Below, one piece after another: positions 11,965-25,000 of a DNA stretch of 64,000 nucleotides. The translations under genes and the position numbers were made by a program. This DNA is from Macrostomum hystrix. Taxonomy: Eukaryota; Animalia; Platyhelminthes. The notes under the pieces were generated by a model. That model did not search any database. It was not told where the DNA came from and saw nothing but the letters and a program-made list of their open reading frames with translations. The DNA lies in the NCBI GenBank assembly GCA_950097015.1, contig CATNEN010000034.1, positions 3,100,001 through 3,164,000 of the forward strand. Reading direction: 5' to 3'. How positions within the stretch are numbered: the stretch's first letter is position 1; each line of letters begins with the position of its first letter.

Positions 11965-13220
11965 CTCTACCACTCCACCACTAACTCTTCCTACTATAAT
12001 CTTCCACTCCACCACTAACTCTTCCTACTATAATCTACCACTCAACCACTAACTCTTCCTACTATAATCTTCCACTCCACCACTAACTCTTCCTACTATA
12101 ATCTACCACTCCACGGCTAACTCTTCCTACTATAATCTACCACTCCACCACTAACTCTTCCTACTATAATCTACCACTCCACCACTAACTCTTCCTACTA
12201 TAATCTACCACTCCACCACTAACTCTTCCTACTATAATCTTCCACTCCACCACTAACTCTTCCTACTATAATCTTCCACTCCACCACTAACTCTTCCTAC
12301 TATAATCTTCCACTCCACCACTAACTCTTCCTACTATAATCTTCCACTCCACCACTAACTCTTCCTACTATAATCTTCCACTCCACCACTAACTCTTCCT
12401 ACTATAATCTTCCACTCCACCACTAACTCTTCCTACTATAATCTTCCACTCCACCACTAACTCTTCCTACTATAATCTTCCACTCCACCACTAACTCTTC
12501 CTACTATAATCTTCCACTCCACCACTAACTCTTCCTACTATAATCTACCACTCCACCACTAACTCTTCCTACTATAATCTTCCACTCCACCACTAACTCT
12601 TCCTACTATAATCTTCCACTCCACCGCTAACTCTTCCTACTATAATCTACCACTCCACCACTAACTCTTCCTACTATAATCTTCCACTCCACCACTAACT
12701 CTTCCTACTATAATCTTCCACTCCACCACTAACTCTTCCTACTATAATCTTCCACTCCACCGCTAACTCTTCCTACTATAATCTACCACTCCACCACTAA
12801 CTCTTCCTACTATAATCTTCCACTCCACCACTAACTCTTCCTACTATAATCTACCACTCCACCACTAACTCTTCCTACTATAATCTTCCACTCAACCACT
12901 AACTCTTCCTACTATAATCTACCACTCCACCACTAACTCTTCCTACTATAATCTTCCACTCCACCACTAACTCTTCCTACTATAATCTACCACTCCACCA
13001 CTAACTCTTCCTACTATAATCTACCACTCCACCACTAACTCTTCCTACTATAATCTACCACTCCACCACTAACTCTTCCTACTATAATCTTCCACTCCAC
13101 CACTAACTCTTCCTACTATAATCTTCCACTCCACCACTAACTCTTCCTACTATAATCTTCCACTCCACCACTAACTCTTCCTACTATAATCTTCCACTCC
13201 ACCGCTAACTCTTCCTACTC
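11965..13220. repeat. Minisatellite, 34-bp unit CTTCCACTCCACCACTAACTCTTCCTACTATAAT
   Basis: About 36 tandem copies; the plus strand is almost devoid of G. Confidence 0.95.
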
Positions 13221-15489
13221 GACTCTACCGCTCCCCCCTCTCTCTCTCTAAGTGTCCCTTTAGTACTCCAGCACTTTTCCTACTCTATCTACCGCCCTCC
13301 CTAATCCACTCTTCTACCATCCTTACTCCACTGTACCACTCTCTCCATTCTTCTCCGCCACTTTTACCATTAGTGCGCAATTTATAGATGTACAAAAAAA
13401 ATAGGTGGCAAACGGTATTGCAGACCAAGGGGGCCGCAATGCGACGGAAGACAGATGGGCCGAAAGGTATTTTCTGTGGTGGCAAGTCTATACGCCCCTT
13501 TTTTAGGTCGGATTCCCAACAGTAGGGCATCGCAAGGCCCAGATATATATTGTTATTAACAGCAGCAGCTGGCTACAATTCACACACTGGCTGCGGCCCA
13601 GTGTGTTCTGACTGTCCTGCCAGTCCCTGATTGATCGCGGCCGAAATCGGGTCCGACACCGGCGCGCCATTGAATAAAGCTTTTTTGAAGGCCTCTTCTG
13701 TTAAAAAATAGAACGATATTTTGTAACGCGCCTTAAAATTGTGAAAGATATTTATCTTTTCTCTCTTTTTGTATACATTACTAAACTGAACTTCACGGTT
13801 ACCTCCCTTGTGGTCTCCGAGCCACATGCCGATGTTTTTGAAGAATGACTGTCCGGTGCAGCAGTATACCCACCTTTTTTGAAATAGCTGTGTAATACTG
13901 TGTGTGTGTATATGTAACTTGTATGGCTGCCAGCATAAATCTACTGCCATGGCGGTTTAGTGATTGATCGATCGGGGTCTTATCTCTGGCAGCCGTGGGT
14001 GAAGCTGCAGTTACTGATTTCCCCTCCGTTTCAACGCCCACCGGCGGCTTGTCAAGTTGCTGTTGCCTTGTTGTCTTTTGCCTCCGAGTCAATAAATCGC
14101 TTCGGTGTTGGTTGCCAAGGCATGGACCATAGACTATATGAACTGTGCATGCGATTTCTGTGAATGGATTGATGAGGTATCAATCCTGGGTATAGGCATG
14201 TTGCTTCTTCCAATACTGAAACATTAAGATGTACGCTGCGCCAATTAGTGTATGCGCAGCGGAGCTGTTCAAACATCAGGAAATTAGAAGGATGGTTTCA
14301 CCCGCTTATGTGTTCCATAATCTATTTATTTATACTCGTATTTCTAAAGTTTCTCAACCTTTTATTTCGATTGGTGAAATCGATGAAAGTGAAAAAGCGT
14401 GAGATACATGTCGCAAAGACAGTAACAATAATCTGAAAGCTTCAGTTTCCGCGACTTTATCTTTATTAAAAACTTTCTCATTAGGAGAAGTGCTCGACTC
14501 CTTTGAGATAGAAGCCTCAGAAGCTTCAAAAAGTGCACTTTGCCTAACAGACCAGAGTCGGCTTCAAGACCGCGGTCACAGTTGCTAAAGACTGGCACGA
14601 TTTCTTCACAAGCTAGTGTTTTTTATACCCATAAAACTAATTCATCAAGCAGCCAGCCTCACCCTGTCTCCCATTTCAATCCGATGTCGCCGATGCTGAC
14701 CGCCAGTTGCCGAGGCGGAAAACGGCCCACACAGGGTTACCGCGCGGTTCCATTCAAAATGAAATGAGAAATAGAGAGGAGATGATGAGGAGAAAGATAC
14801 AGGAGCTGGGGAGAGAAATTCGCCGAGGGGCGGACCCGGCGCAAATGGGGAAGCAATCAAGAAAATTATTGGCACTGGGATTCGGCCCAGTTTATCCCCT
14901 GCCACAGACTCGCCTTACATGCATATCCTGCACCAACTCGGTCCAATGCGAAAGCCTCGAGCAGTCAGCACAGCCCTTAGGCCTAAAATCGGCATCCAAA
15001 CCGACTCCGGGCCACGCGGGAGCTGCCACGGCTGCGGCTGATGGAAAACTAGAAAAGAAGCGGTCGGAATCTGAACTAATTCCAAACCGAATGGCTGCAT
15101 TGCACCCGCCGCTAGAAGGCCTAAAGCTTTGCCACGATCCTTGTTGGACTGTTAAACTGTCGATACTGCCGCAGCAATGCGTTGTGCTTAATTCTCGCCT
15201 AGGCGATCGTATATTCTAGGGCTATTCTGATTCAGATGGCTAATGTCGAAAAGTTCAATTTTGTGCACTATTGCATGTATGATATGTGTAATATTATGTC
15301 ACTAGCGTATAGTTCTCCTGTGATCAAAAAGGATACTCAGTGAATCGATCTGGGGCACCAAATTATATTTATACGATATATTCACTATATATTGTACATT
15401 CACTATTTCTTATGTTCAGCTAGGTGACTAGAAGTGATTAATGCTAAACTATTCACAAGCCAATATCGTTTAACTCTCCTCCTCATCAT

Positions 15490-15790
15490 CCAGCGAGGAG
15501 GTAATTTTGCCCACTTCGTTGACTCCGGTCCTGTGCACACACGCACACAGATACTGTACGCAGTCACGCACTCACACAGGTGTGTCCATCTGCCCTGACT
15601 TTCTCATCGCCAGGCAGTGTACACCGTCACTGTGCCTTGGTGGTTGACCCTCAAGGGCGTAAATTGCACGACAAGCCCTCAAGCTGGGGCTGTGCTCCAA
15701 GTTAATGTGGCCTCGCCGCGTAATCGAGCTCAAACTATAGGGACCTTGGTGCGAGAGGCAAACACGTAAACCGTTCTGCCGCTCAACCTC
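15490..15790 (-). mobile_element. tRNA-derived SINE, copy 3 (near full length)
   Basis: Colinear homology with copies at 36562 and 37284, including the tRNA-like head, internal hairpin and CCTCCTCGCTGG 3' end. Confidence 0.82.
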
Positions 15791-18165
15791 CTTAAAAGAC
15801 CCGTTGACTTTGTGCATCTTAATCTATCACCGAAGTACTGAAAAAATAATACTGAGCGTTTTTATCTTCATCATTGCTTAAAAGCTTTGAAAGTTTTGAT
15901 TCTGTGTAAATTGATTGTATTGATTATTTTTGATCGGCAGTTTTACTACAGTTCCTGCCTCAGGTTAAAATTAACTTATCCATGAAATTTAACCATAGGT
16001 AATCCATTTTCTATAAGCATGCTTCGCGCAGTTCGTATCTTATATAATATTGCTGATGTTTTGTTTTAATATTTTGTGTAACAGTGCTTAAATTTAAAAC
16101 GACACCATGCTGATTGGCGCTCAAAGAAATCAATCAATCGTTGACTTAAAATTTATTGTTTACATGCATGGCTTATCATATTCTGAAATAGATACTTCTA
16201 TTCATTTTCTTGAGCTCTTACACCAGCAAGAATTTTTATATATATTTGTTTCTTAGTTATCAGTTTGATTATGTTGCTGGATAAAAAGTTCACCTAAAAA
16301 TTCACATTTGTCTGTTTGATTCAGACATTCAATACGTTTGTTTACAAACTTAAAATGTTACGTTTCCAATAGCAGTGGCGTGAGTGTAGCGTCTAAAATA
16401 AAACTTAATATATTTTTCTATTTCAAAGCTCAAATAATTTTTATATCCACATGGCATTAATTAGTTTCCACATTAGTTACACCATTACATACATGTGATA
16501 TTGTGATAGTGATTTTAAGTGGTAGTGATAGTGACTTGTGATTGCACTGTGTTTAAATAGGGTATATTTCATTATGGGGTAGTTTTACCCCAAAATTGTG
16601 ATACCCATCATTTATCCATTGGCTGCCAATAACTTTTGAGAAATAGGCTTTGTTTTATTTTATATTTTTCATTATAGGAAGTGAAGTATAGCTAGCTGCC
16701 CATAAATAAAAATGATGCTCTAAACAAACATAATATCGGGCTAGCTATTCCTCTGACTTATAGTAGTATATTGGTTAATAAAAACTATAACTTTGTATTT
16801 TAAATGGGGCTATCAAAATAAGGAACCTGGTTGTTTGTTTATCACTTAGCTAGCTACAATATGACTTGTGCTATAAGGTGAGTAGCCATATGAATTTTCA
16901 GCTTAATAGGCTATTGCCACCCTATACTCTTTACAACAAAGATAATTAGTTTCTATGGGTTTTAGACCCAAATTTTGCTTTATCTAATTGTTATCAAACT
17001 ATATCAAACAGAGGATTTCATGCTCATACTTTCAGTTTCTATCCATAATTTTTTTATGACTGAAACATGTATACTTACAGTCAGCTTATCACTTAGATTT
17101 TTATATTAGTTTTAGTCTTTCCAATATTAAAATGATGTGCTGATACAAGGATAAGAAATTGACTCTTAAAATATTTTGTAGAAAAAGAGACAGTTAGAGG
17201 CTTACAAAACTCGATTCAACATAGCTTTTTAATTAGCTAGTCTATTTTTACTTTAAAGGAAGAACTTGTATACTATAAGTCAACAAGTTGTCTTTGAAGC
17301 CTTATTGCTCAGTAGTTTTCTGAGAAGGCATTTTATTGAGAGCTGGTACATAGATTAAATGTTTCAACTTCTACTATGAGTAGCAAGTTAGTCCTAGACG
17401 ATTTTTCATCTAGCACAAAATAAACGTACCCAGCAACTCATACATCACCTCATCAAATTATCAAACAACTCATCACATCACCCCATCCAGCTACTCGCCC
17501 ATCACCAGATAAACACTGCCGATATTATAACATATGAAGGGCGTTTTCTTCTTTAACTTGCCTCTAGATTGCTTTTCGTATTAAAAAATTCAATACACTT
17601 TTTAGCTCATAGTTGCCGTTTGGGTGCAGCTCTATAGCAATGCCTGTTAAAGCTTTCGTAAAAAACGAAAGTTTTTAAATTATAAAAGTGCATTGTTTTC
17701 TACTTGCTTCTTTCCTGTTGCCAGTATTTATATATATCCCAATTCTATCTCTCATTCTTTATTTTGCTCAACAAACTATATTTACTGCACATTAGCTGAC
17801 ACATGCCCAGCTCCTGTAAGCTGGCCTATAGTAGCTAGTCTTGCTGTCTACGTACCCTAAGCAGCTTCTCCGTGGCCGGGTCAGTTGTCTTGCCTACCGG
17901 CCCAATATTTTTCTGCTCAACTCGGCCTAGGCAGGTTTGACGAAGCAGCTCGGCTCCTGACGTTCCGCTTCCCCCTTGCTGCGGGCTCTCCTATTCCCAA
18001 ACAGAGCAAAAAATCGATTATTTCTCCCCAAAGCATACCACGCGCAGCTTTTCTTCCCTTCCCACATCCTGCAGCAGCAGCAGCCGCTTCCCAAAAACCT
18101 CCGCATGGTTCTGAACTGCGTAGTTTTCCATTGTCTAAGCGACCCGTCCTCTTTTATTCTTTCAT

Positions 18166-18166
<1 letters not shown>

Positions 18167-18202
<36 letters not shown>
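18167..18202. repeat. (CT)n microsatellite upstream of PKD2
   Basis: 18 CT units read directly. Confidence 0.95.
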
Positions 18203-18204
<2 letters not shown>

Positions 18205-19080
18205 ATCTCGCTTAGTATGCTCCCCAATGCCACGATGCTGCATTCTCTTTTCCCGCCCTCCGAAAAATCTCCCCTACCCCCACAATCGCTGTTTGTTGCC
18301 CGGTTGGCGTTGGCAACGCGATCCTGTCTCTCCCTCTAGCCTATTTCTCTTTCCTCTATCCATCGCGGTCCTATCCTACTACCAAATGCTGAAGCCCAGC
18401 TTTTCTTGTCCACAGAGTGAGAGAGAGAGTGCAAAGCTGCTGCTATAGGCCTCTTTTATAAGACCTGCTGCGAGAAACAACAGGCCGTAGCCCTGGTACC
18501 TGTCCAGCTGATTTGTCCCCACCCGGCGACCCACCTCCGTCAGTGCCCAGCTAGCCGCCCCACTCCGCCCCGTCTCCCCGCCGCTGGTCTCACTCCTCTG
18601 TTTTCTCGCATTCCAGCCTTTTAAGAGCGGCGCCAAGAGCTGCTTGGAGAGCCTCGCGCTGGTTCGGGCATAGCAACTGAGCTTCTCTCCAAACTTTGAG
18701 CTCTCGGCAGTGCTCAAACAGGCTGCACTTTCAAGTTCAACTTCCAAGGTAAATTGTTTTTGCTTCCATCATCATGACGTAACTGCGAACATTTTCCCCT
18801 TCTCGAAGGGAAAATAAATTGTGACACCATGAAGGGAAGTCGTGACATTCAAGAGATCCTCAAGTGTCTTGTATCCTAAATCCCAGATTCTCAAATACCG
18901 AATATTTTAACCACAGATCCTTAAGTTTGAAATATTCGAATCCCATATCCCAGATCCTCACGTTCTAAAACTTTGAGTCCAATGTTCTAACTACTGGGCT
19001 AAAACTCCCACGTGTCACGTTTCAATAATCCCCTAATCCCTGGCGCAGGCAAGCCAGTCTCGCTTCGAATATCGTCAACA

Positions 19081-22000
19081 ATGTCGTCCCGGCCGCAAAG
19101 CTCGGGCGTGAGATCTCGCGGTCGCCAGCCGCAGTCCACTTCGCAGCAGCAGCTGCACGGCGGCAGCCAGGCCTGGTCGGCCGCCAGCGACGAGGTCGAC
19201 GTGGCCAATCCGCACGTGCTGGACCAGGAGCCGGAAGCATGCCAGTCCGACAATCCGTTTGAAAGCCAGGCCGGGCAGGCCGATCTGCAGGTTGAGGAGG
19301 CCCACGGCTGCTGGTATCGCTTCAAGCGGGGCCTGCGCGGTAAGCTGCCACATTGGACATTGGAGACAGATGAGAAGAGACCGGAGGGGAGAGGCCGGGG
19401 AGAGGGGAGAGGCGATCGGTGAGAGATGGGAGAAGAGATCAGTTATAGAGGGGAGAAGAGATCAGTTATGAAGGGGAGAAGATATCAGTTAGAGAGGGGA
19501 GAAGAGATCAGTGAGAGAGGTGAGAAGAGATCATTTAGAGAGGTGGGAGAAGAGATCAGTTCGAGAGGGGAGAAGAGATCAGTTAGAAAGCGGAGAAGAG
19601 ATCAGTAAGAGAGGGGAGAAGAGATCAGTGAGAGAGGGGAGAAGAGATCAGTTAGAGAGGGGAGAAGAGATCAGTTCGAGAGGTGAGAAGAGATCAGTGA
19701 GAGAGGTGAGAAGAGATCATTTAGAGAGGTGGGAGAAGAGATCAGTTCGAGAGGGGAGAAGAGATCAGTTAGAAAGGGGAGAAGAGATCAGTAAGAGAGG
19801 GGAGAAGAGATCAGTGAGAGAGGGGAGAAGAGATCAGTTAGAGAGGGGAGAAGAGATCAGTGAGAGAGGTGAGAAGAGATCAGTGAGAGAGGTGAGAAGA
19901 GATGAGTGAGAGAGGTGAGAAGAGATCAGTGAGAGAGGTGAGAAGAGATCAGTGAGAGAGGTGAGAAGAGATCAGTTAGAGAGGTGGGAGAAGAGATCAG
20001 TGAGAGAGGTGAGAAGAGATCAGTGAGAGAGGTGAGAAGAGATCAGTTAGAGAGGTGGGAGAAGAGATCAGTGAGAGGGGAGAAGAGATCAGTGAGAGAG
20101 GTGAGAAGAGATCAGTGAGAAAGGTGAGAAGAGATCAGTGAGAAAGGTGAGAAGATTTCAGTTAGAGAGGTGAGAAGAGATGGGAGGTATGTGTTTCCTG
20201 AGTAACTGTACCAACTAGTTAAGTTACAGAGAAATCATTCTACCAGTATGGGTGGTCAGAGAAAACTTGTTGCAACCAAATCGCACCCCAATGTCACTAA
20301 AGCCTTGTGGCTAACCAAGGATACGGTGGACGTGACTGGCAATTCCGAGTTGCGCATTAAGACCACCCTGCGAGAGCTGGTGCTGTACTGTGTCTACCTC
20401 ACAGTGCTGTCCATTTGTAAACAGATGCTTTATATTTGAGTCTGTTTTCATAAATCCGTAACTAACTCGAGAAAATCACACAGAAAATGTGTCCACTTTT
20501 AGCTTAAAATGTAATTTGTAATTCACATATTGTAATTCACATATTTTGTAATTTATCGGTCATTAACTCGGTTTAGAAACTAGAAGTTGACCTGTTCTGG
20601 TCTAGGCCGGAAATGTAGAAAATGAATTTCACGGTAGTGTCGTTATTCACACATCTAGCAGTGCAGCTTTAAATTCCTATGTTTCCTCGAAACCGTCACT
20701 CGCTCGCAGCAATTTGGCGCACCAACATGACCGAGGACACGCGAGAGGACAGGGAGCTGTACATCAAGACCACCCTGCGGGAGCTCATTGTCTACTTGTT
20801 CTTCCTCATTGTTCTCATGATTTGTAAGATTTTCCTCTGTAAACGTAGTGCATTCAATGGTTCTATTTTAGAACTCCCATGTTTTTCTCAGTTTAGCTTT
20901 TAGTTTGACCTGTTTTATTTATTTTATTTAATTTATTTTTTCTATTACCCTAACCGAAGTCCTATTTGATCTTCAGATCGCTCGATTTCTATCTGAATTT
21001 TAATCTTCAAATCCCAAATCAACCTCAAATCTCTAGATCCCCACCCAAACCGAAATCACTAGATCCTAACCCTAACCGAAATCCCTAGATCCCTACCCTA
21101 ACCGAAGTCCCTAGATCCCCACCCTAACCGAAGTCCCTAGATCCCCACCCTAACCAAAATCCCTAGATCCCCACCCTAACCGAAGTCCCAAGATCCCACT
21201 CTAACCGAAATCCCAAGATCCTCACCCTAACCGAAATCCCCTAAATCCCCACCCTAACCGAAGTCCCAAGATCCCACCCTAACCGAAAGCCCAAGATCCT
21301 CACCCTAACCGAAATCCCAAGATCCCCACCCTAACCGAAGTCCCAAGATCCCCACCCTAACCGAAGTCCCAAGATCCCCACCCTAACCGAAAGCCCAAGA
21401 TCCCCACCCTAACCGAAAGCCCAAGATCCCCACCCTAACCGAAATCCCTAGATCCCCACCCTAACCGAAAGTCCAAGATTCCCACCCTAACCGAAATCCC
21501 AAGATCCCCACCCTAACCGAAATCCCAAGATCCCCACCCTAACCGAAGTCCCAAGATCCCACTCTAACCGAAAGTCCAAGATCCCCACTCTAACCGAAAG
21601 TCCAAGATCCCCACCCTAACCGAAATCCCTAGATCCCCACCCTAACCGAAAGCCCAAGATCCCACCCTAACCGAAATCCCTAGATCCGAACCCTAACCGA
21701 AAGTCCAAGATTCCCACCCTAACCGAAAGTCCAAGATCCCCACCCTAACCGAAAGCCCAAGATCCCCACCCTAACCGAAATGCCTAGATCCCCACCCTAA
21801 CCGAAATCCCTAGATCCCCACCCTAAAGAATGTCTCTAGATCCCATGCTATTAGATATTAGAATTTTCTAATTCCCATCTTTCAGTGGCCTTCGGCATGA
21901 CCAGCTCGACAATGTACTATTTCACAAGCGTCATGCAGGCCCAGTTCGACCAAGCGCCCAACTCGGAGACACAGACCACATTCGCCACGGCTACCACCAT

Positions 22001-25000
22001 TGCCGACTGGTGGCGGGTGAGCATTTTTTAGTATTTTTAAAGAGGAATTTTTTTAGTGCCTTGATGATATTGTTATCTATTTCCCTGTATTTTTATATCC
22101 CAAGTTTCAGTTAATCTCCTAATATTCTCTACCCGCCTTAATCCCTATTCCATTCTCCTAATTATCCCACTTGTGCAGTCTCTACTCACCTCAATCCTTA
22201 TTCCATTCTCCCAATTATCCCACGTGTGCAGTCTCTACTCACCTCAATCCTTATTCCATTCTCTCAATTATCCCACTTGTGCAGTCTCTACCCACCTCAA
22301 TCCTTATTCCATTCTCCCAATTATCCCACTTGTGCAGTCTCTACCCACCTCAATCCCTATTCCATTATCCCAATTATCCCACTTGTGCAGTCTCTACCCA
22401 CCTCAATCCCTATTCCATTATCACAATTATCCCATTTCAACTGTCCGCTCCCATCCGCAGTTCATGAAGGGCCCACTACTGGACGGCCTGTACGTGACCA
22501 ACTGGTACAACAACGCCAACTTCACTGACTCGCGCGAATTGAACTTTGTCTATTACGAAAACAAACTACTTGGCGTGCCGCGCGTTCGTCAGGTTAAGGT
22601 GCGCAACGACAGCTGCTCGATTGCCGACGACTTCAAGAACGAGATCAAGGCCTGCTATGCCATGTACAGTCCGGGTGTTGAGGATACGAACAATTTCGGC
22701 TATATGAATTCAACTGCCTGGAATTACACTTCTGAGAAGGTTCTGGATGGCCGCAGCTACACTGGCCAGATTGCCACGTACGGCGGCGGTGGATTCTACG
22801 CCGATCTGACTAGGAATAAGGACGACTCTAACGCTATCATTGATGAGCTGTTCAAGGTGAGACGGAAGATTAGTAAAATCGTTAGTCAAATATGATTTTT
22901 TAATTGGATAGATAGTTGTTTTTTAATTAAAATCTGCCGAAACGCAACCAAAGAGTCTAATTACTGAAAATTGGAGACAGCAAAGCAACCAAGACAGGCA
23001 CAATAGCAACTATAGCAGACCCCATAGCAACCAAGACAGGCGCATTAGCAACTATAGCAGACCCCATAGCAACCAAGACAGGCGCATTAGCAACCGAAGC
23101 AGGCTCCATAGCAACCAAGACAGGCACAATAGCAACTATAGCAGACCCCATAGCAACCAAGACAGGCACAATAGCAACTATAGCAGACCCCATAGCAACC
23201 AAGACAGGCACAATAGCAACTATAGCAGACCCCATAGCAACCAAGACAGGCACAATAGCAACTATAGCAGACCCCATAGCAACCAAGACAGGCACAATAG
23301 CAACTATAGCAGACCCCATAGCAACCAAGACAGGCGCATTAGCAACCGAAGCAGGCTCTATACATACCCAAACAGATGTACAATATTAGCAGGTTAAAGT
23401 GTATAAAAAGTCAATATTTACCTATCAATTGGATAAGTGAAGATATCACGCAACTCCCGCAGGGCCTTTGGATCGATCGCGGCACTCGCGTAGTCTTCGT
23501 CGACTTCACCGTGTACAACGCCAACATCAACCTGTTCTGCGTGGTCAAGCTGATCATGGAATTCCCTGCCACAGGCGGCGCCATCCCGTCTAGCGAGTAC
23601 CGCACTGTGAAGCTGCTGCGCTACGTTGAGCCTCGCGACTACTTCGTGCTGATCTGCGAGTGCATCTTCATGCTGTTCATCTGCTACTACGTTGTTGAGG
23701 AGGTGATCGAGATCAAGCGGCACAAGCTGGCTTACTTCAAGACCTTCTGGAACTGGCTGGACATCCTGGTCATTGTCATCTCGCTGGTCTGCGCTGGATT
23801 CAACGTCTACCGAACCATTGCCGTTGGCAATAAACTGACCCAGCTGTTGAAGGACGAGTCGAAATTCCCAGACTTTGACTTCCTGTCCTACTGGCAGCTG
23901 CAGTTCAATAATGCCATAGCAATTACCGTGTTCTTCGCCTGGGTGAAGATCTTCAAATACATCAGCTTCAACAAGACTATGACCCAGCTGAGTTCCACTC
24001 TGGGTGCCTGCGCCAAGGATCTAGTCGGCTTCGCCGTGATGTTCTTCATCATCTTCTTCGCCTTCGCCCAGCTGGGCTACCTGATCTTCGGCACCCAGGT
24101 GAAGGATTTCCGCGAATTCCAGCAGGCCATCTTCACCCTGTTCCGCATCATCCTGGGCGACTTCGATTTCCACGAATTGGAGAATGCGCACCGAGTTCTG
24201 GGACCAATCTTCTTTCTGCTGTACGTGTTCTTCGTCTTCTTCGTGCTAATCAACATGTTCCTGGCCATTATCAACGACACCTACAGCGAGGTGAAGAGCG
24301 AATTGGCCAACCAGCCCAACGATTTTGAGATGACCGACTACTTCAAGGAGGTAACTGGTTTGCTGTTGTGTGGGAAATTAATGCTTCAATGATGACAATT
24401 TGCCTAGTTGACCAGGTGTCTAGATATGAGCAGGTGTCTAGATATGAACAGGTGTCTAGATATGACCAGGTGTCTAGATATGACCAGGTGTCTAGATATG
24501 ACCAGGTGTCTAGATGACCAGGTGTCTAGATGACCAGGTGTCTAGATGACCAGGTGTCTAGATGACCAGGTGTCTAGATGACCAGGTGTCTAGATGACCA
24601 GGTGTCTAGTTGGCCAGGTGTCTAGATAACGCGGGTCTAGATGACCACGTGTCTAGATATGACCAGGTGTCTAGATGACCCGGGTCTAGATGACCAGGTG
24701 TCTAGATATGAACAGGTGTCTAGATGACCAGGTGTCTAGATGACCCAGGTCTAGATGACCAGGTGTCTAGATGACCCGGGTCTAGATGACCAGGTGTCTA
24801 GATGACCCGGGTCTAGATGACCAGGTGTCTAGATGACTAGGTGTCTAGATGACCAGGTGTCTAGATGACCAGGTGTCTAGATGACCAGGTGTCTAGATGA
24901 CCCGGGTCTAGATGACCAGGTGTCTAGATGACCAGGTGTCTAGATGACCCGGGTCTAGATGACCAAGTGTCTAGATGACGCGGGTCTAGATGACCAGGTG

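Noticed and set aside
13285-15219. Moderately GC-rich ORFs between Frizzled and PKD2
   Set aside because: No recognisable domain, consistent exon chain or codon pattern; may be regulatory DNA, but that cannot be supported from sequence alone.
17885-18747. 187-aa and 122-aa ORFs upstream of PKD2
   Set aside because: They span a (CT)n microsatellite, begin at non-ATG codons and show no homology; more likely promoter or 5' UTR.
19012-19080. N-terminal extension of PKD2 from GTG at 19012
   Set aside because: Non-ATG start; the first in-frame ATG is at 19081.
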